A stretch of 64,000 bases of DNA. It comes from Camelus dromedarius. Taxonomy: Eukaryota. The stretch lies in the NCBI RefSeq assembly GCF_036321535.1, contig NC_087437.1, positions 41,418,001-41,482,000 on the forward strand, written 5' to 3'. The notes beneath the pieces were generated by a model. The model was not told the DNA's origin and did no database searches. It was given only the letters and a program-made list of their open reading frames with translations. Below, piece after piece: positions 25,225 to 36,039 of this stretch (the stretch's first letter is position 1; each line of letters begins with the position of its first letter). Position numbers and translations under genes: made by a program.

Positions 25225-27634
25225 ATCTTAATTTTTTAAAAGCTATCTGTTTAGCTATGCAGAGTAAAAACTACTAAGTCATATACCAAAATGTATCTGT
25301 GGTTATCATTGAGAATCAGTAATAGAGAAGCAATTCTTTTTGCTTTTTTCCATTTCCCAAATTTCTGTAATGATCATGTGTTTCTTTTATAATGAGAATA
25401 AAAGGCTTTTTTAAAAAAAATGAAACAAACTTTTAACAATTCAGCAGTCTTTGCTCCCATTCACAACCAACATTTTCTGGGCCCTGAAGCCCCAGGGATC
25501 ATCCTGGTGGGATTCCTAAGAAAATCAAAAATATACATTGCCTTCATGAAAGCTTGCTGTATAGTAGTAGATAAAATTCAAGGAAGAAAGTTCTGAGTGT
25601 TCTAAAAAAAGGTATGAGGTCAATTTGGAAAGGATTTACAAGTGAGAGGGATAATTTCTAGCTGAAAGATTCAAGAAAAATTTTGTGGACAAGGAGCCAT
25701 TTGAATGTTGAGTGTTGGAGTAGAGGGTACAGAAAAAGACAATAAGATAGGGCACCCCTAAAAGAGCATCCATGGGGAGAAGGGAGATGTTCCCTGTGGC
25801 AGGTAAGAAGGGATGGTCATTAAAACTGCAGGGCATGGTGTGGGGCCCAGCTGAATTTTAGCTGGTCTTTACATAAAGAGTTCAGTCTTTGGTCTGTAGA
25901 CTGTGAGGAGTCAGAGAAGGCCGTGAATAAAAATACCCAGATTGAAACTGTGCTTTAGGAAGACTAACGTGGCTGCAGTATATACAGGAGACTGGTCAGA
26001 AGAAGGCTGGTGGTAGGGACTTAGGAGACAAGTCTTGTCACAGGGGCCACCCAGGGGAGAGTAACTGCAGCAGGACAGCTGGAGACAAGAGGACCCATGC
26101 GATAGATATCAAGGCCAGGATTTTAAAGACTGGGGTAAAATAAATGTGTTTTGAGAATTTCCAGGCACCCCCTTGAGACAAGTGGAGGCAATCTGGGCAT
26201 GTAAAAAAGTAGAAAGATAATCATCTTTCCCCAGAATGGAAGAAATTACAAGCAGAATTCATCCAACATTTTCTTTTTAAGTCCTTCCTCTCTCTCCACG
26301 AAGAACCTTGTATTTATATGTGCAGAATAACATTTCATTCAAAAATATCACCTAGATTTTCTTGGAATTGTCAGCACACTGCTAGTTCAGGCCCTGTTCT
26401 CACAGTGCTCCTTCCCCCACAGACATGGAAGAACAATCTGACAGGAAAGCATCTTTCAGATACAAGTTTTCCCAATTTCTATAAGAAACACAGACTCAGA
26501 CTGATTACACTCAGCTGGGAATGGCTGCCATGCTCCAATCACAGTAGCTCAAAGCTGGGTGGACTTTAGACCCACTATCACTGAACAAAGGAATGGCATA
26601 GAACAAGAAGGGCCTGGAAGATTAATTCCAGGGTAAAGACATGAAAGAAGAAAGGGCCAACCGGCAAGACTCAGAATTATGAGATTTCAAAGAACCTTAC
26701 AGATAAGGGGGGAAAATTTGATATTTCCATGAAGGAAAAGTATTCTTGGGTATTCTTTCATCCACAAAATATTCCATGACCTCCTAAGTAGCTAATTATG
26801 CAAACAGCAAACCATGACTTATATGAGCTTTTGTACTAAGATTACTCCAGTTAATAATGAATACTGAAAATGATTATGCATATTTCTCTGATGTTCTGAT
26901 AACTACCACTACACCCTAGTTTATTATGAGGCAATGTCATGGCAAAGCAAACACCTGTTTAATGTCTCTAAAAAACATCAAATGTATCTAATTTTAAAAC
27001 TGCTATGCTGTTATCATTTTAAGATACTGTTATCTTACCAATTCATGCAACTTTACTAAACTCTCATTTAAGACCAGATTTAATTAAATACTCTGGGGTA
27101 ATGAATTAACAATGCTTCAAGATTTCTTTCAGCCCATGAGACCTCTGACCAGAAGGTTTTAAACACTGGACTAGTACTAGTGTATCATTTCAGGCGCCCA
27201 CTCCCTCCCCGACCCCACCCCCACACAAACTTTGAAAAGGCACAGGCACAATAAATGCGCTTTTATTTGAATAATGGTTAATCCATAAAGAGGAGAAAAA
27301 AGTTTAAAAAGAAAAGTGGTTTTAATGAATAATGCTGGTACCTGATACTGGTCTAGAAATAAACTAATCCCCAAAAAGCTTCTAGGCCGAGCTCACCTCA
27401 TCTGAAATGAATGCTTATACTGGGGCAAAGGTCAACCCAGGACATCAGAGGGTCAGATATATTCCATCAGAGGTCAATGTAACGTCACTCTGGCACATAA
27501 AAAAGAAAAAGTACTATTAAAAAGAAGACTTCTGATGGTTTTTCTTTTCCTCTCAGGATCATTTCCTACTAGGTGCAATCACTGGGGTCAAATGCTGGTA
27601 GAATCAAGTTTCCCGTAAAATTCTATTTAATCAC

Positions 27635-28070
27635 AGAATAACATATTTGTGTAGTGCTTTATGGTTTTCAAAGCACTGCCATAAATACTTTATTGCTTTT
27701 TGAAACCTGTATATAAGGAAGGCAAGCAGTTGTGATCATTCCCATTTTTGAATTAATAATGGTTAAATGACGGATCCAAAGTCACAGAACTAATAAGACA
27801 TGGACATAGAACCCAGTGCTCAGTCCACACCATTCACTCATTCTCTCATTCATGCATTTATTCAACCAACGGGGACTATGGACTCAGAGATGAACAAGAC
27901 CCAGCCTCTGGCCTCAAGGAGCCCACAGTTTAGTGAGCAAGTAGAAAGAAAACCCCACGTCATTTATAACACAAGCATGAAAAACGTAGCTGGAAGAATG
28001 CATGCAAATCCTCCAGATGAGGTCAATTATTAAATCTAGGTTTCAATAGAGAAAGAAATAGCCAGGCAGA
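27635..28070 (-). mobile_element. MIR fragment followed by L2 fragment
   Basis: 'aacatatttgtgtagtgctttatggttttcaaagcact...ccaaagtcacagaactaataag' (MIR), then 'cattcactcattc...ttattcaaccaac...gagatgaacaagacccagcctctggcctcaaggagcccacagt' (L2). Confidence 0.65.
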
Positions 28071-28837
28071 GAAGGGAGTGAGGGGTAGAGGGAGAAAGAC
28101 AAGCAGAGGTCATCCAATTCTGTTCAAATAGAAAAGTGAGTGAGTCCTGGCAGAAACTTACAGGATGAAGTCAGCAGTGGCCAGTCTTGGCCTTGAAGTC
28201 CTTACTCTGTGGGCCAAGCTAAGGACAGCCAAGCTGTTCAGATTCAGATATATGCTAATCTCCAAAAAGCTTTCTGGGCTGATCTCACCTGGTATGCAAT
28301 AAAGCATACTGGTGGCACATTTCATTTCTTTTAATTCTGTGATGTCTTGAAGGAAGAATGACTCAGGCCCTGGGTTTGAATGAGTAGAATTGTTTTCTGT
28401 AGCCTCTGTATATATATATACGCATTTCATACACCCGCATAGATAGTTTATATCCATAATATTATATATAGGTATCCACATAGATTATACAAAACATACA
28501 TAGAACTCTATAAACCTTGCATGCAGAGAAATCTGAATAATGTATATGTCTAGACTGACCCCTTGGGACATGTTCAGATAGAAAAGGCTTGTGGAGAGAG
28601 ATTACCATGCCGGACAGCCATCTGTCCTAGATGATTCCGATAGTCATTTGCCTGCAGAGGAGGAACTGAAGGGGGTTGGACAAGATGAATTCCAAAAAGT
28701 TACCTTGAAGCTCCATGGTTTTATGTACAAAGCAGTTTCTCTATTTTCGATAAATAAAATTCTACAAACCTGGTGAAGTAATTCCTCTGCCATTTTTTTG
28801 TGCTCAGGCAGAAAATGTACTATTGATTTCTGATAAT

Positions 28838-28886
28838 GTGCTCTTTTCTCTGAGTCACATTATTTGTGACTCAGAGAAAAGAGCAC
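28838..28886. repeat. Perfect inverted repeat, 22-bp arms, 5-nt loop
   Basis: GTGCTCTTTTCTCTGAGTCACA (28838-28859), loop TTATT, TGTGACTCAGAGAAAAGAGCAC (28865-28886), checked base by base. Confidence 0.97.
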
Positions 28887-29090
28887 TGAATGAGGAGTCA
28901 GGAAACCTAGATTCTCACCCCAAATCACCCTTCTCCCCTCCCCAACCCACTCCACCTCCAACAGGGGAGGGGGCTGTGTGACCTTGAGCAATAGACCTCA
29001 CCTCTCTGGGCTTCAGCTTCCCATATACTAAATGAAAGGATTTGGCTAAGTGTTCCATAATTCTCTTCCAGCTCTAAAACTATGAAATCA
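28872..29090 (+). mobile_element. MIR SINE
   Basis: 'gaaaagagcactgaatgaggagtcaggaaacctagattc...gctgtgtgaccttgagcaa...cacctctctgggcttcagcttccc...cttccagctctaaaactatga'. Confidence 0.75.
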
Positions 29091-31225
29091 TTCCACTCCC
29101 TCAAGACTAGTTTATCTCTGGAGCTCTAAAAATAAGGATTAATAAAACTGGATTCAGATCACCACTTTTCTAAACATCACCTCTTTTCTTACTTTTTAAA
29201 ACCATCCAAATCTTGCATAATTTAAATGATCAGGGCTGTCACTGGTTGCTCTGGTTTAAACTATGCATTGTTGCTATTTGGGGAAAATTTAGACTGGGTC
29301 CAGTCTGGGATCACTGGCTGAGAACAATAAGCCCCCAGAGTGAGAAGGATAAAGGCCCCTCCAGACAGGATCTGCTTTTAATGCATTGAGAGCAGAGTTT
29401 ACAAAAAGAGCATTGATTGTGTATATTAAAGAGCCACCAAAACAGCAAGGGACTGGTAGGACTGCAGCAAATTCTCCTAGATGCCACTGACCTTGGCTGC
29501 ATTTCAGGGGTCAGGCATTCCCCAGGAGGTTCTCAGCAGGCAGGCTTTCCTGAAGGTTTAGGAACAAATGAGACCTCTCATCTACAAGAGCCCATCTCTA
29601 CTAATCTGGGAAAACAGAGAGAGGTTGATCTGCCCTCTGATTTGTGGAGATTACCTCTGTGGCCTTTGGACTCAACTGCCAGCCTTCACACCTCACCCAC
29701 CACAAGACTGGTCGCAGCCCCAGCCCTCTGGGATGCAATTGTCCCCACATCTGCATTTAAATCACCCAGCCAGCAGTTCCCCATCTCTAGGGCTGGCTGG
29801 AAGCTGTAGCCCTCTCTCTTTCCACACCTCCTGCAGGCAGAAATACAGAAGCAAAGCACTAAGCCCAGGCCACAAAGAGCAATTTCAGTGAATTGTGCAA
29901 AGACATCTTTTCAAAATACTGATCTCAGGAGCACAGGTCTCCCATGTGTGAATCGCACGCCAGGTCGGCTGGTAAGCCCTTGTGGTTGCTCACAAGTATG
30001 CAAGCTCTGGGCTCAGTATCTCAGAAATCTTCCCTGGGAAAAAGCCCAGAAGGGACACCTCTGACCAAGCCCAACTTAAAATCACATCACAGCGATTTCC
30101 ATTAGAGAAGGGATGTTGAGATTCCGGCTCAAGGAAATCGCAAGCCTTGCCCCATTGTTCAGATTCCCTTCCCCCTACCCCACTCCCCTGCTTTGCCACT
30201 TTCCGCGATCCTGAAGTCTGGGCCATCCATCCACCTGATTAACCCGCTGGCAGCAACTCCCAGCACAGAAAGTAGGGCAAATGAACACATACAGTCTGTA
30301 AAGCAGGAAGCCACAGACTTGGCCAAAGCAAACCCTGTTACCAATCCCCACCCCCAACTGCCCAGGAGGCACTGGAATCTGAATGTAGCATTTCGGCGCC
30401 AGGGAAATAGACAGCTTACTGTAATAACGTATGAATGAGCTTTTGCTACCCAACTATCAAAAAAGCCAATTTAAATGGCATCTCTGTTCCTTCTCAGCCT
30501 CTTGACCGCCTCGCAGAAACCTCACCTCTGAGATGGAAGGATTAAGAAGGAGAGGGGGAGTTTAAAAGGGAGGGAGTAGGTGGGGAGAGGATGAAAAAGT
30601 ACCACTTTGACCATAAAGGTAGTTCTTTAAAATAACCGTAAAGAAGGAGGCAACGTCAAGAGAAGCACTGAATATCAAGTATATAACCCCAAGATTTAGC
30701 ATCAGTCTAACAATGTATTCCTCAGGAGGGCGTGTGAACTTCCAAGCTTCACCCATCCTGCGTGCCTCTGTGTTGAGAGCCACCATCAATTCGGTCTCAC
30801 TGACCCTCCTTGCCTCAAGTATATACAAGTCGCTTTTTAAAATTATTTTATTTTTGGTTCAGGAGAGGAAGAAGCCGTGCTTAAATTGATGGCCGATCGT
30901 TCCCAGACCCCCGCTGCTGCTGCCACCCACACCCTTCACCCACTTCCTGGCAGGCAGCATCTAATTAATATGGCAAGAAAGCTCTGCCCCTTTCCCTGAA
31001 GGAGTGTGTTAGGACTTGGGGGTTGGGGGTGGGGAGGCGTCGAGTCTGCACTAGGATTCCTGGTGTTCCGATCTCAAAACAACAGCAAAATGGATTCTAT
31101 AACAGTGATGTCTTAGTTAATGCAATGAATCGGCGTCTGAGGCAATTCAAGTGAGGGTAAATGCAAACCAAGGGGGCTGGGGGAGGTAGGTGCTTTACAA
31201 AGGACTAGCCCTAGAGACAGAGAAA

Positions 31226-31273
31226 ACACGCGCGCGCGCGCGCACACACACACACAAACACACACACACACAC
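31226..31273. repeat. (CG)7(CA)n compound microsatellite
   Basis: acacgcgcgcgcgcgcgcacacacacacacaaacacacacacacacac read directly. Confidence 0.95.
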
Positions 31274-31688
31274 TCCCGGGAGTTCCGGTCTGATTGGGGA
31301 AAAGCAGGGAACACATCCCTTTCACCTGCTTAAGTTAAGCCATAAAACTGAAATGTCACAGCCACAAAGTCAGAAAGCATAGACAAGGCTGAGTTAAAAC
31401 CATAAATAAAGGTGAGTGGCAGACCGGCATTTACGAGAGAGCTGAGATAGAGTGCGGACGGCAGAAAAGGGGGAAGGGGAGGCAGCTGCCATAAAAAGAC
31501 CAGTATAGCCATAGCTGCCCCCTCGGAGCGGCAGGTTCGGCTTCGTGGGGACAGTCAGGCTCACAATGCCATCTTACAGGTAGCTGAAAAACGTGAGAAG
31601 CCAGTGCCTTTATTCACCCTGTTGTTATTCTAGCAGAAAGGGACGGTGGGGTTTCGAGCCTCGGCACGAGTCGACTGCCCGGGGTTTG

Positions 31689-31764
31689 TACACACACACA
31701 CACAGACACACACACAGACACAGACACACACAGACACAGACACACACACACACACACACACACG
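31689..31764. repeat. (CA)n/(CAGA) compound microsatellite
   Basis: About 75 bp of CA repeats interrupted by GA, read directly. Confidence 0.95.
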
Positions 31765-32054
31765 GGCTTTTCATTTTAATGCTCTTACACTGGTCTAAGA
31801 AGAAACCGGCATAAGCTCCACGCGCTCTCGGGGGAGCCTTGGTCACCACCAAAGGAGGACACGTACCGCACAGCCCTTGCCTTGGGGGTTAGCCAAGAGC
31901 ACCTCAGCAGCCCCTGAATCAAAATGAGAATCCAGGTTCCCTCTCGTCGCATTCGCCCGCCTCTGTCCATCAGCCCCAGCCCCAATCCACGCACCAAGCC
32001 CATTCACCCTGACCCAAAACACTGGAAAGAAATCAGAAAACGTGTTCTGCTCAC

Positions 32055-32111
32055 CCTCAGAGCCGAGAGATCGATTTCATCCAGGCTGCGAGCCGGGGAG
32101 TCGCTCGCCAT
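32055..32111 (-). CDS. TNIK: TNIK first coding exon (19 codons, MASDSPARSLDEIDLSALR), phase-0 intron follows
   Basis: The reverse complement reads GTCGAC ATG GCG AGC GAC TCC CCG GCT CGC AGC CTG GAT GAA ATC GAT CTC TCG GCT CTG AGG|GTGAGC. The peptide matches the N-terminus of mammalian TNIK as I recall it (paralogues MAP4K4 and MINK1 begin differently). Kozak context is strong (G at -3, G at +4), the donor is canonical, and the exon lies in a CpG island. Confidence 0.96.
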
Positions 32112-32460
32112 GTCGACTTCTTCGCGGGAGAAATGGACCAAAACCACCCCGAAGCTTCTCCCTTGGAAATTCCACCTTGGTCTATTTCACTCGCGTCCTC
32201 ATGCGGGTGTCGCGCCAGAGGCCCGGGGCCCAGCCTCCCCCGCCCACTCCGGCCCCACAGCGCCTGATCGCGAGCCTCCGCTTGCCGGTCCGCCGGGTCC
32301 GGGAGCCCAACCTGCGCGGATTTCCAAGCCCAGAGCCGCGATGCGTGTGGGCTGCGCGCCCTGATCGGCTAAGGGCGCTGGGGCTGCGTGGGTGTATTTA
32401 AATGGGACATGCTTCTTTGCTTGTGCGTGGATGGCGGCTGCATTGGCTGTTATAATGAGA
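32112..32460 (-). other. TNIK: TNIK 5' UTR portion of exon 1 (upstream limit approximate)
   Basis: GC-rich sequence contiguous with the start codon. The TSS cannot be fixed from sequence; TATAAC and CCAAT on the minus strand near 32442-32455 suggest it is nearby. Confidence 0.6.
32182..32202 (-). other. Upstream ORF in TNIK leader (MRTRVK*)
   Basis: Minus strand ATG AGG ACG CGA GTG AAA TAG. Out of frame with the TNIK ATG, ends 70 nt before it, weak Kozak context. Confidence 0.6.
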
Positions 32461-34639
32461 CACATCAACTCCTCCACTCAGCTGGGGGGGTGGGGGTGGA
32501 GAACCACACAGAACTGTCTATCACCGCTTCCTGGGAGGAGTAAAGGGGTTGGGGGGGATGGGGGAAGGCGGAGGAGGCGTGGTCTCCGACTGGGGAGAGG
32601 CCGCGCTTCCTGACCCGGTCCCTCTGCACCAACGTGGATGGGGGAGGGGCGCGCACTATTTCAGCCCAGGCTTTTGCGGGTTAATCGGGCTGGATCTGAA
32701 GAGCTGTTCCCGAACCGTGCTATGCTTATCGTAGGGACAAGGGGGCTTTATTTTTGTGTGTCCAATTCGTATGCTGCAGCAAAATGGCCCTTCAGTCGCA
32801 TTTTGAGGGGTTCTCGGCAGAGTTCAAATGCCCTAGAGCTGAAAAAAAAATCCTGAAGGGGGAAAAAAAAGAGTGACGCCCTCCTCCCCCATTAATTATT
32901 TGTGGTGCTGGAGTAACGCGGGCTGGTGCAACCGGTGCATATAAGGACTTGTGTGCAAGGAAGGGGATCCGCCTCCAGCAGCGGAACGAATGGGGGAGAC
33001 GCGCACTCGCGCGGGGCACACAGCCCCGCGTTTCAGCAAATTGCAACTGCAGCCCCCGGGATCCAGGATGGCAGTTCTCCAGGGCCAGTCACTCGCCGCC
33101 TCGGGGCTGGGAAGATCCGCCAGAAGCGGGAAAGCTGGAAGAGCTGAGCTCCCTCTGGCCTCGCCACACCCAGGACCTGCCCGTGCCGCAATTCCCCCAC
33201 GGAAACGACCGAATTGAAACGAGAATTGTTCTGCGGGTGCAGTGGCTTGACTGCTTCAGGTAACTCCGAAAGCAACACTGGGTGAGGCAGCGCACGCCGC
33301 CTCAGGACCCTCCGTTCCCTTTCAGGCAGCGTTTCGGCGGCTGACCCACCCAGATTAATACAGAAAGTTTGGCTGAAGGATAAGATGTAACACAGAAGAT
33401 GTACGGAGTGAGAGCGATTGCACTCCACCCGCTTTCTCATTTAAAGGCTGAACGATTACTGTGGTAAACATGACATTCTGTAATCAGCAGTGTGAAGTCA
33501 CTTCCCCCAACCCCCTCTCACAGCCCTTCCTCTCCGGCCTTGGCCAGGCGAAATACATGGGATGAAACGCTAAAATTGAACTTTTCTCCAAATACAGCAG
33601 TAGCTTTATCTGCACCTCTGTTAAGAAGGGAATTTTCTTCTGGCCAAGTGCCCTGAGGTTTTATTTAATCGTGTAGAGCGAATATCAGCTTCAGAATAAG
33701 GCTTTTGAATGAATGAATGAAAACTAATGCAGTTAGTTCATCAGGATTGCAGACCTTAGAAGACTTTCAAACGGCATTCGGTTAGCATTGTGCTGTTTTT
33801 GTTAATAATACTGCATTTATTTATTTGCATTGTGCATCATGAAACTTGTTCCACATCTGTGTAGCCACAACAGTTTAGGAGCTTTGGCCATTAAAACGTC
33901 AAACGTTTAAATGTGTCATATTCAAAACATTCGATTTGATTTCTCATTTTCTAATAAAATCATCCAGCTCGAGGTAGTAAGTTATCTGCCGTAAGCCACC
34001 AAGTTATGTCGAAATGATGTAAAAATCTACCACTTCCCACCATCGTCCTTATTTTTCCCTTCTGTGCCTTTTACCCTTAATCTAGATGACAAGTTCGTGT
34101 ATTGTCTCAGTGTTGAAAGAAAATAATTAAGATCAGGTATTGAGATCTATGAACAGAACTATTTTTAAAACTCTGAACATATGAAAAATGAGGTAAACAT
34201 TTTTTCAAGGGGAACCTTCATTTTATACCCCAAATTTTATTTGAAACATCACAAATGGGTCATTTCTTTCAGCATTAGTCAGCTGTTCAGGCCATGAGCA
34301 TGTCATGATACTGGCACTAAATTCTACCTTCAGTTTAGAATCAGATTAGAAACCTATATGTTCAGTACAGTGGGGTATATACTAAGTGGGGGAGGGCTGT
34401 CTAGGAGCCTGAGAGAATGATGAGAGTCAAGTGGAGGCAGGGATGCTGAATGCAGGAAATACCATAAAAGGAGAGATTACAATAGCCAAGGAACCTCCAG
34501 CTGGAAAGGGAAGGAGGAAACTCCAGGCAGTCTGTGCTAGAGGTGAAGTAATTGTGATGCCTGGGCTGAGGAGGAAAGCAGAGGTCAGATCAGGTAGAGT
34601 TTTACATGCCCCCTTAAGGAATTTGCACTTTATTTTTTA

Positions 34640-35030
34640 GACCGAATGTGTATCAAATTTCAGCCATTTCAATACAAATTCCTAATTTTGCCATACCAGT
34701 ATACCTCCTGGGCAGTTGTTATTTACTTAACATTTTTCTTTAAATCAGCATTTTTCTCTTTTTCTTATATTTCACTTAAGAGGAAACATAAATCACTACT
34801 GTGGACAGAAAGCTAGCAACATCTGCTAAAAAATAGAAGAGAACCATTAAAATAAATACAATGGAAAATAAAACAATATTATTTAATTCCAGCTAACTAT
34901 CTACCCTGAGGCCTGCTCTTACTTTGTTAAACCAGAGATTAGCAAATGCCAGAAAAGATATTCAAAACTTGACCAAAGTGAAATTTTCTTCTTGATGTAA
35001 TCTGAAGGATTGAAAGAATCGTTATCATTT
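34640..35030. mobile_element. Degenerate DNA transposon fragment (hAT-Charlie-like)
   Basis: 'tcaaatttcagccatttc...aattttgccataccagtatacc...ttatttacttaacatttttctttaaatc' resembles old MER/Charlie elements; family uncertain. Confidence 0.4.
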
Positions 35031-35724
35031 ATGTGCAGTTTGAAAGCCTGCGAAACAATATGATATGATGTTTATGTCTGTCTCAATATGTAGATAACCA
35101 TAAAAAGCATGGACACAGACAGGAAGAATACAGGTCAACTTCAGGATAGTGAGGAGAGAATAAAAGAAAGCAAAAAGGAGGCTTCAACAATGATATCTAA
35201 TTTCTTTCTTTAAAAAAGTGCTTAAGCAAATATTGTTAAGTGTTTGGAATTGTTAAATCTAGATGGGAAATAGGGTAGCACCCCAAGGGGCTGCCCACTA
35301 ATTGCCAAGAGAAATGGGGCCACACACACATGCAGAAGGTAAACTACTTGCATCCCCTGCCCTGCAGCATATCCTGTCCTGCCCTCCTTCCCACTACAGT
35401 CAGCAAAACAACCACTCAGAATTAGATAGCACAGATAGGCAAGTGAGATTTCCAGACACTAAGATGAGCAGACAAATCACCAATCATTCATGGAAGTCTA
35501 TTACTTGAAGGAGAGGCACTAATTTCAATCAATAAATGAATCAAAAGCTCCAAGCTAGTTTTAATAGAGCAAAAAGAAGTTTAATAATGTATATTTTTTA
35601 CCCTCAGAGAGATATAATACAGGACCTTACATTCATAAAACAATTAGATTATTATGAAAACGAACCAGTTAGAGGACAAATTAAGAATATGTTTATGGAA
35701 AATTTTTTAGTGAGTTGAACAATA

Positions 35725-35940
35725 ATAACTAATAGTATTCTGCAGATACTCTTAAAGCATTCACATATTAACACATTTAATCTTTATAATCTTACAAAAT
35801 ACTCAATATTGTTAACATTCATTTTACAGATGAGTAAACTGAAAAATAGAAAGGTTAGTTAACTTACTCAAGAAAACACAGTAATAAATGGCTGAACCAA
35901 AATTTGAATTCAGGCTCTTAATCACCATGCTACAGTGACT
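35725..35940 (-). mobile_element. MIR SINE
   Basis: 'cattttacagatgagtaaactgaaaaatagaaaggttagttaacttactcaag...ctcttaatcaccatgctaca'. Confidence 0.8.
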
Positions 35941-36039
35941 CAGGCCAAACTGAATTAGTAAACTAGAAGTTTGGGCCCAGCTTTCTCCCAGATTACAGGA
36001 GAAAGGAGAAAGCAATAAGCAAACATGTAAGTAATATGG

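Larger units (their letters stand above)
1..32054 (-). other. TNIK: TNIK intron 1 (5' part; continues beyond window start)
   Basis: Begins with the GT donor at 32054-32053 on the minus strand. No exon encoding the expected continuation ([22 protein letters not shown]) was seen by eye or in the ORF track. Confidence 0.85.
31480..33350. promoter_or_regulatory. CpG island / TNIK promoter
   Basis: Sharp rise in GC and CpG (cgcg, ccgc, ggcgg) relative to the CpG-depleted, AT-rich flanks. Spans exon 1, has GC-box-like motifs (GAGGGGCG near 32644, GGCGGAGG near 32567) and no interspersed repeats. Confidence 0.88.

Noticed and set aside
31924..32401. Plus-strand ORFs of 146 aa and 119 aa over the CpG island
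   Set aside because: They are antisense to TNIK exon 1, Pro/Arg/Ala-rich, and expected from stop-codon scarcity in GC-rich DNA; no recognisable domain.
32112..32465. N-terminal extension of TNIK from the in-frame upstream ATG at 32465
   Set aside because: Two in-frame TGA stops (32201-32199 and four codons later) intervene before the main ATG.
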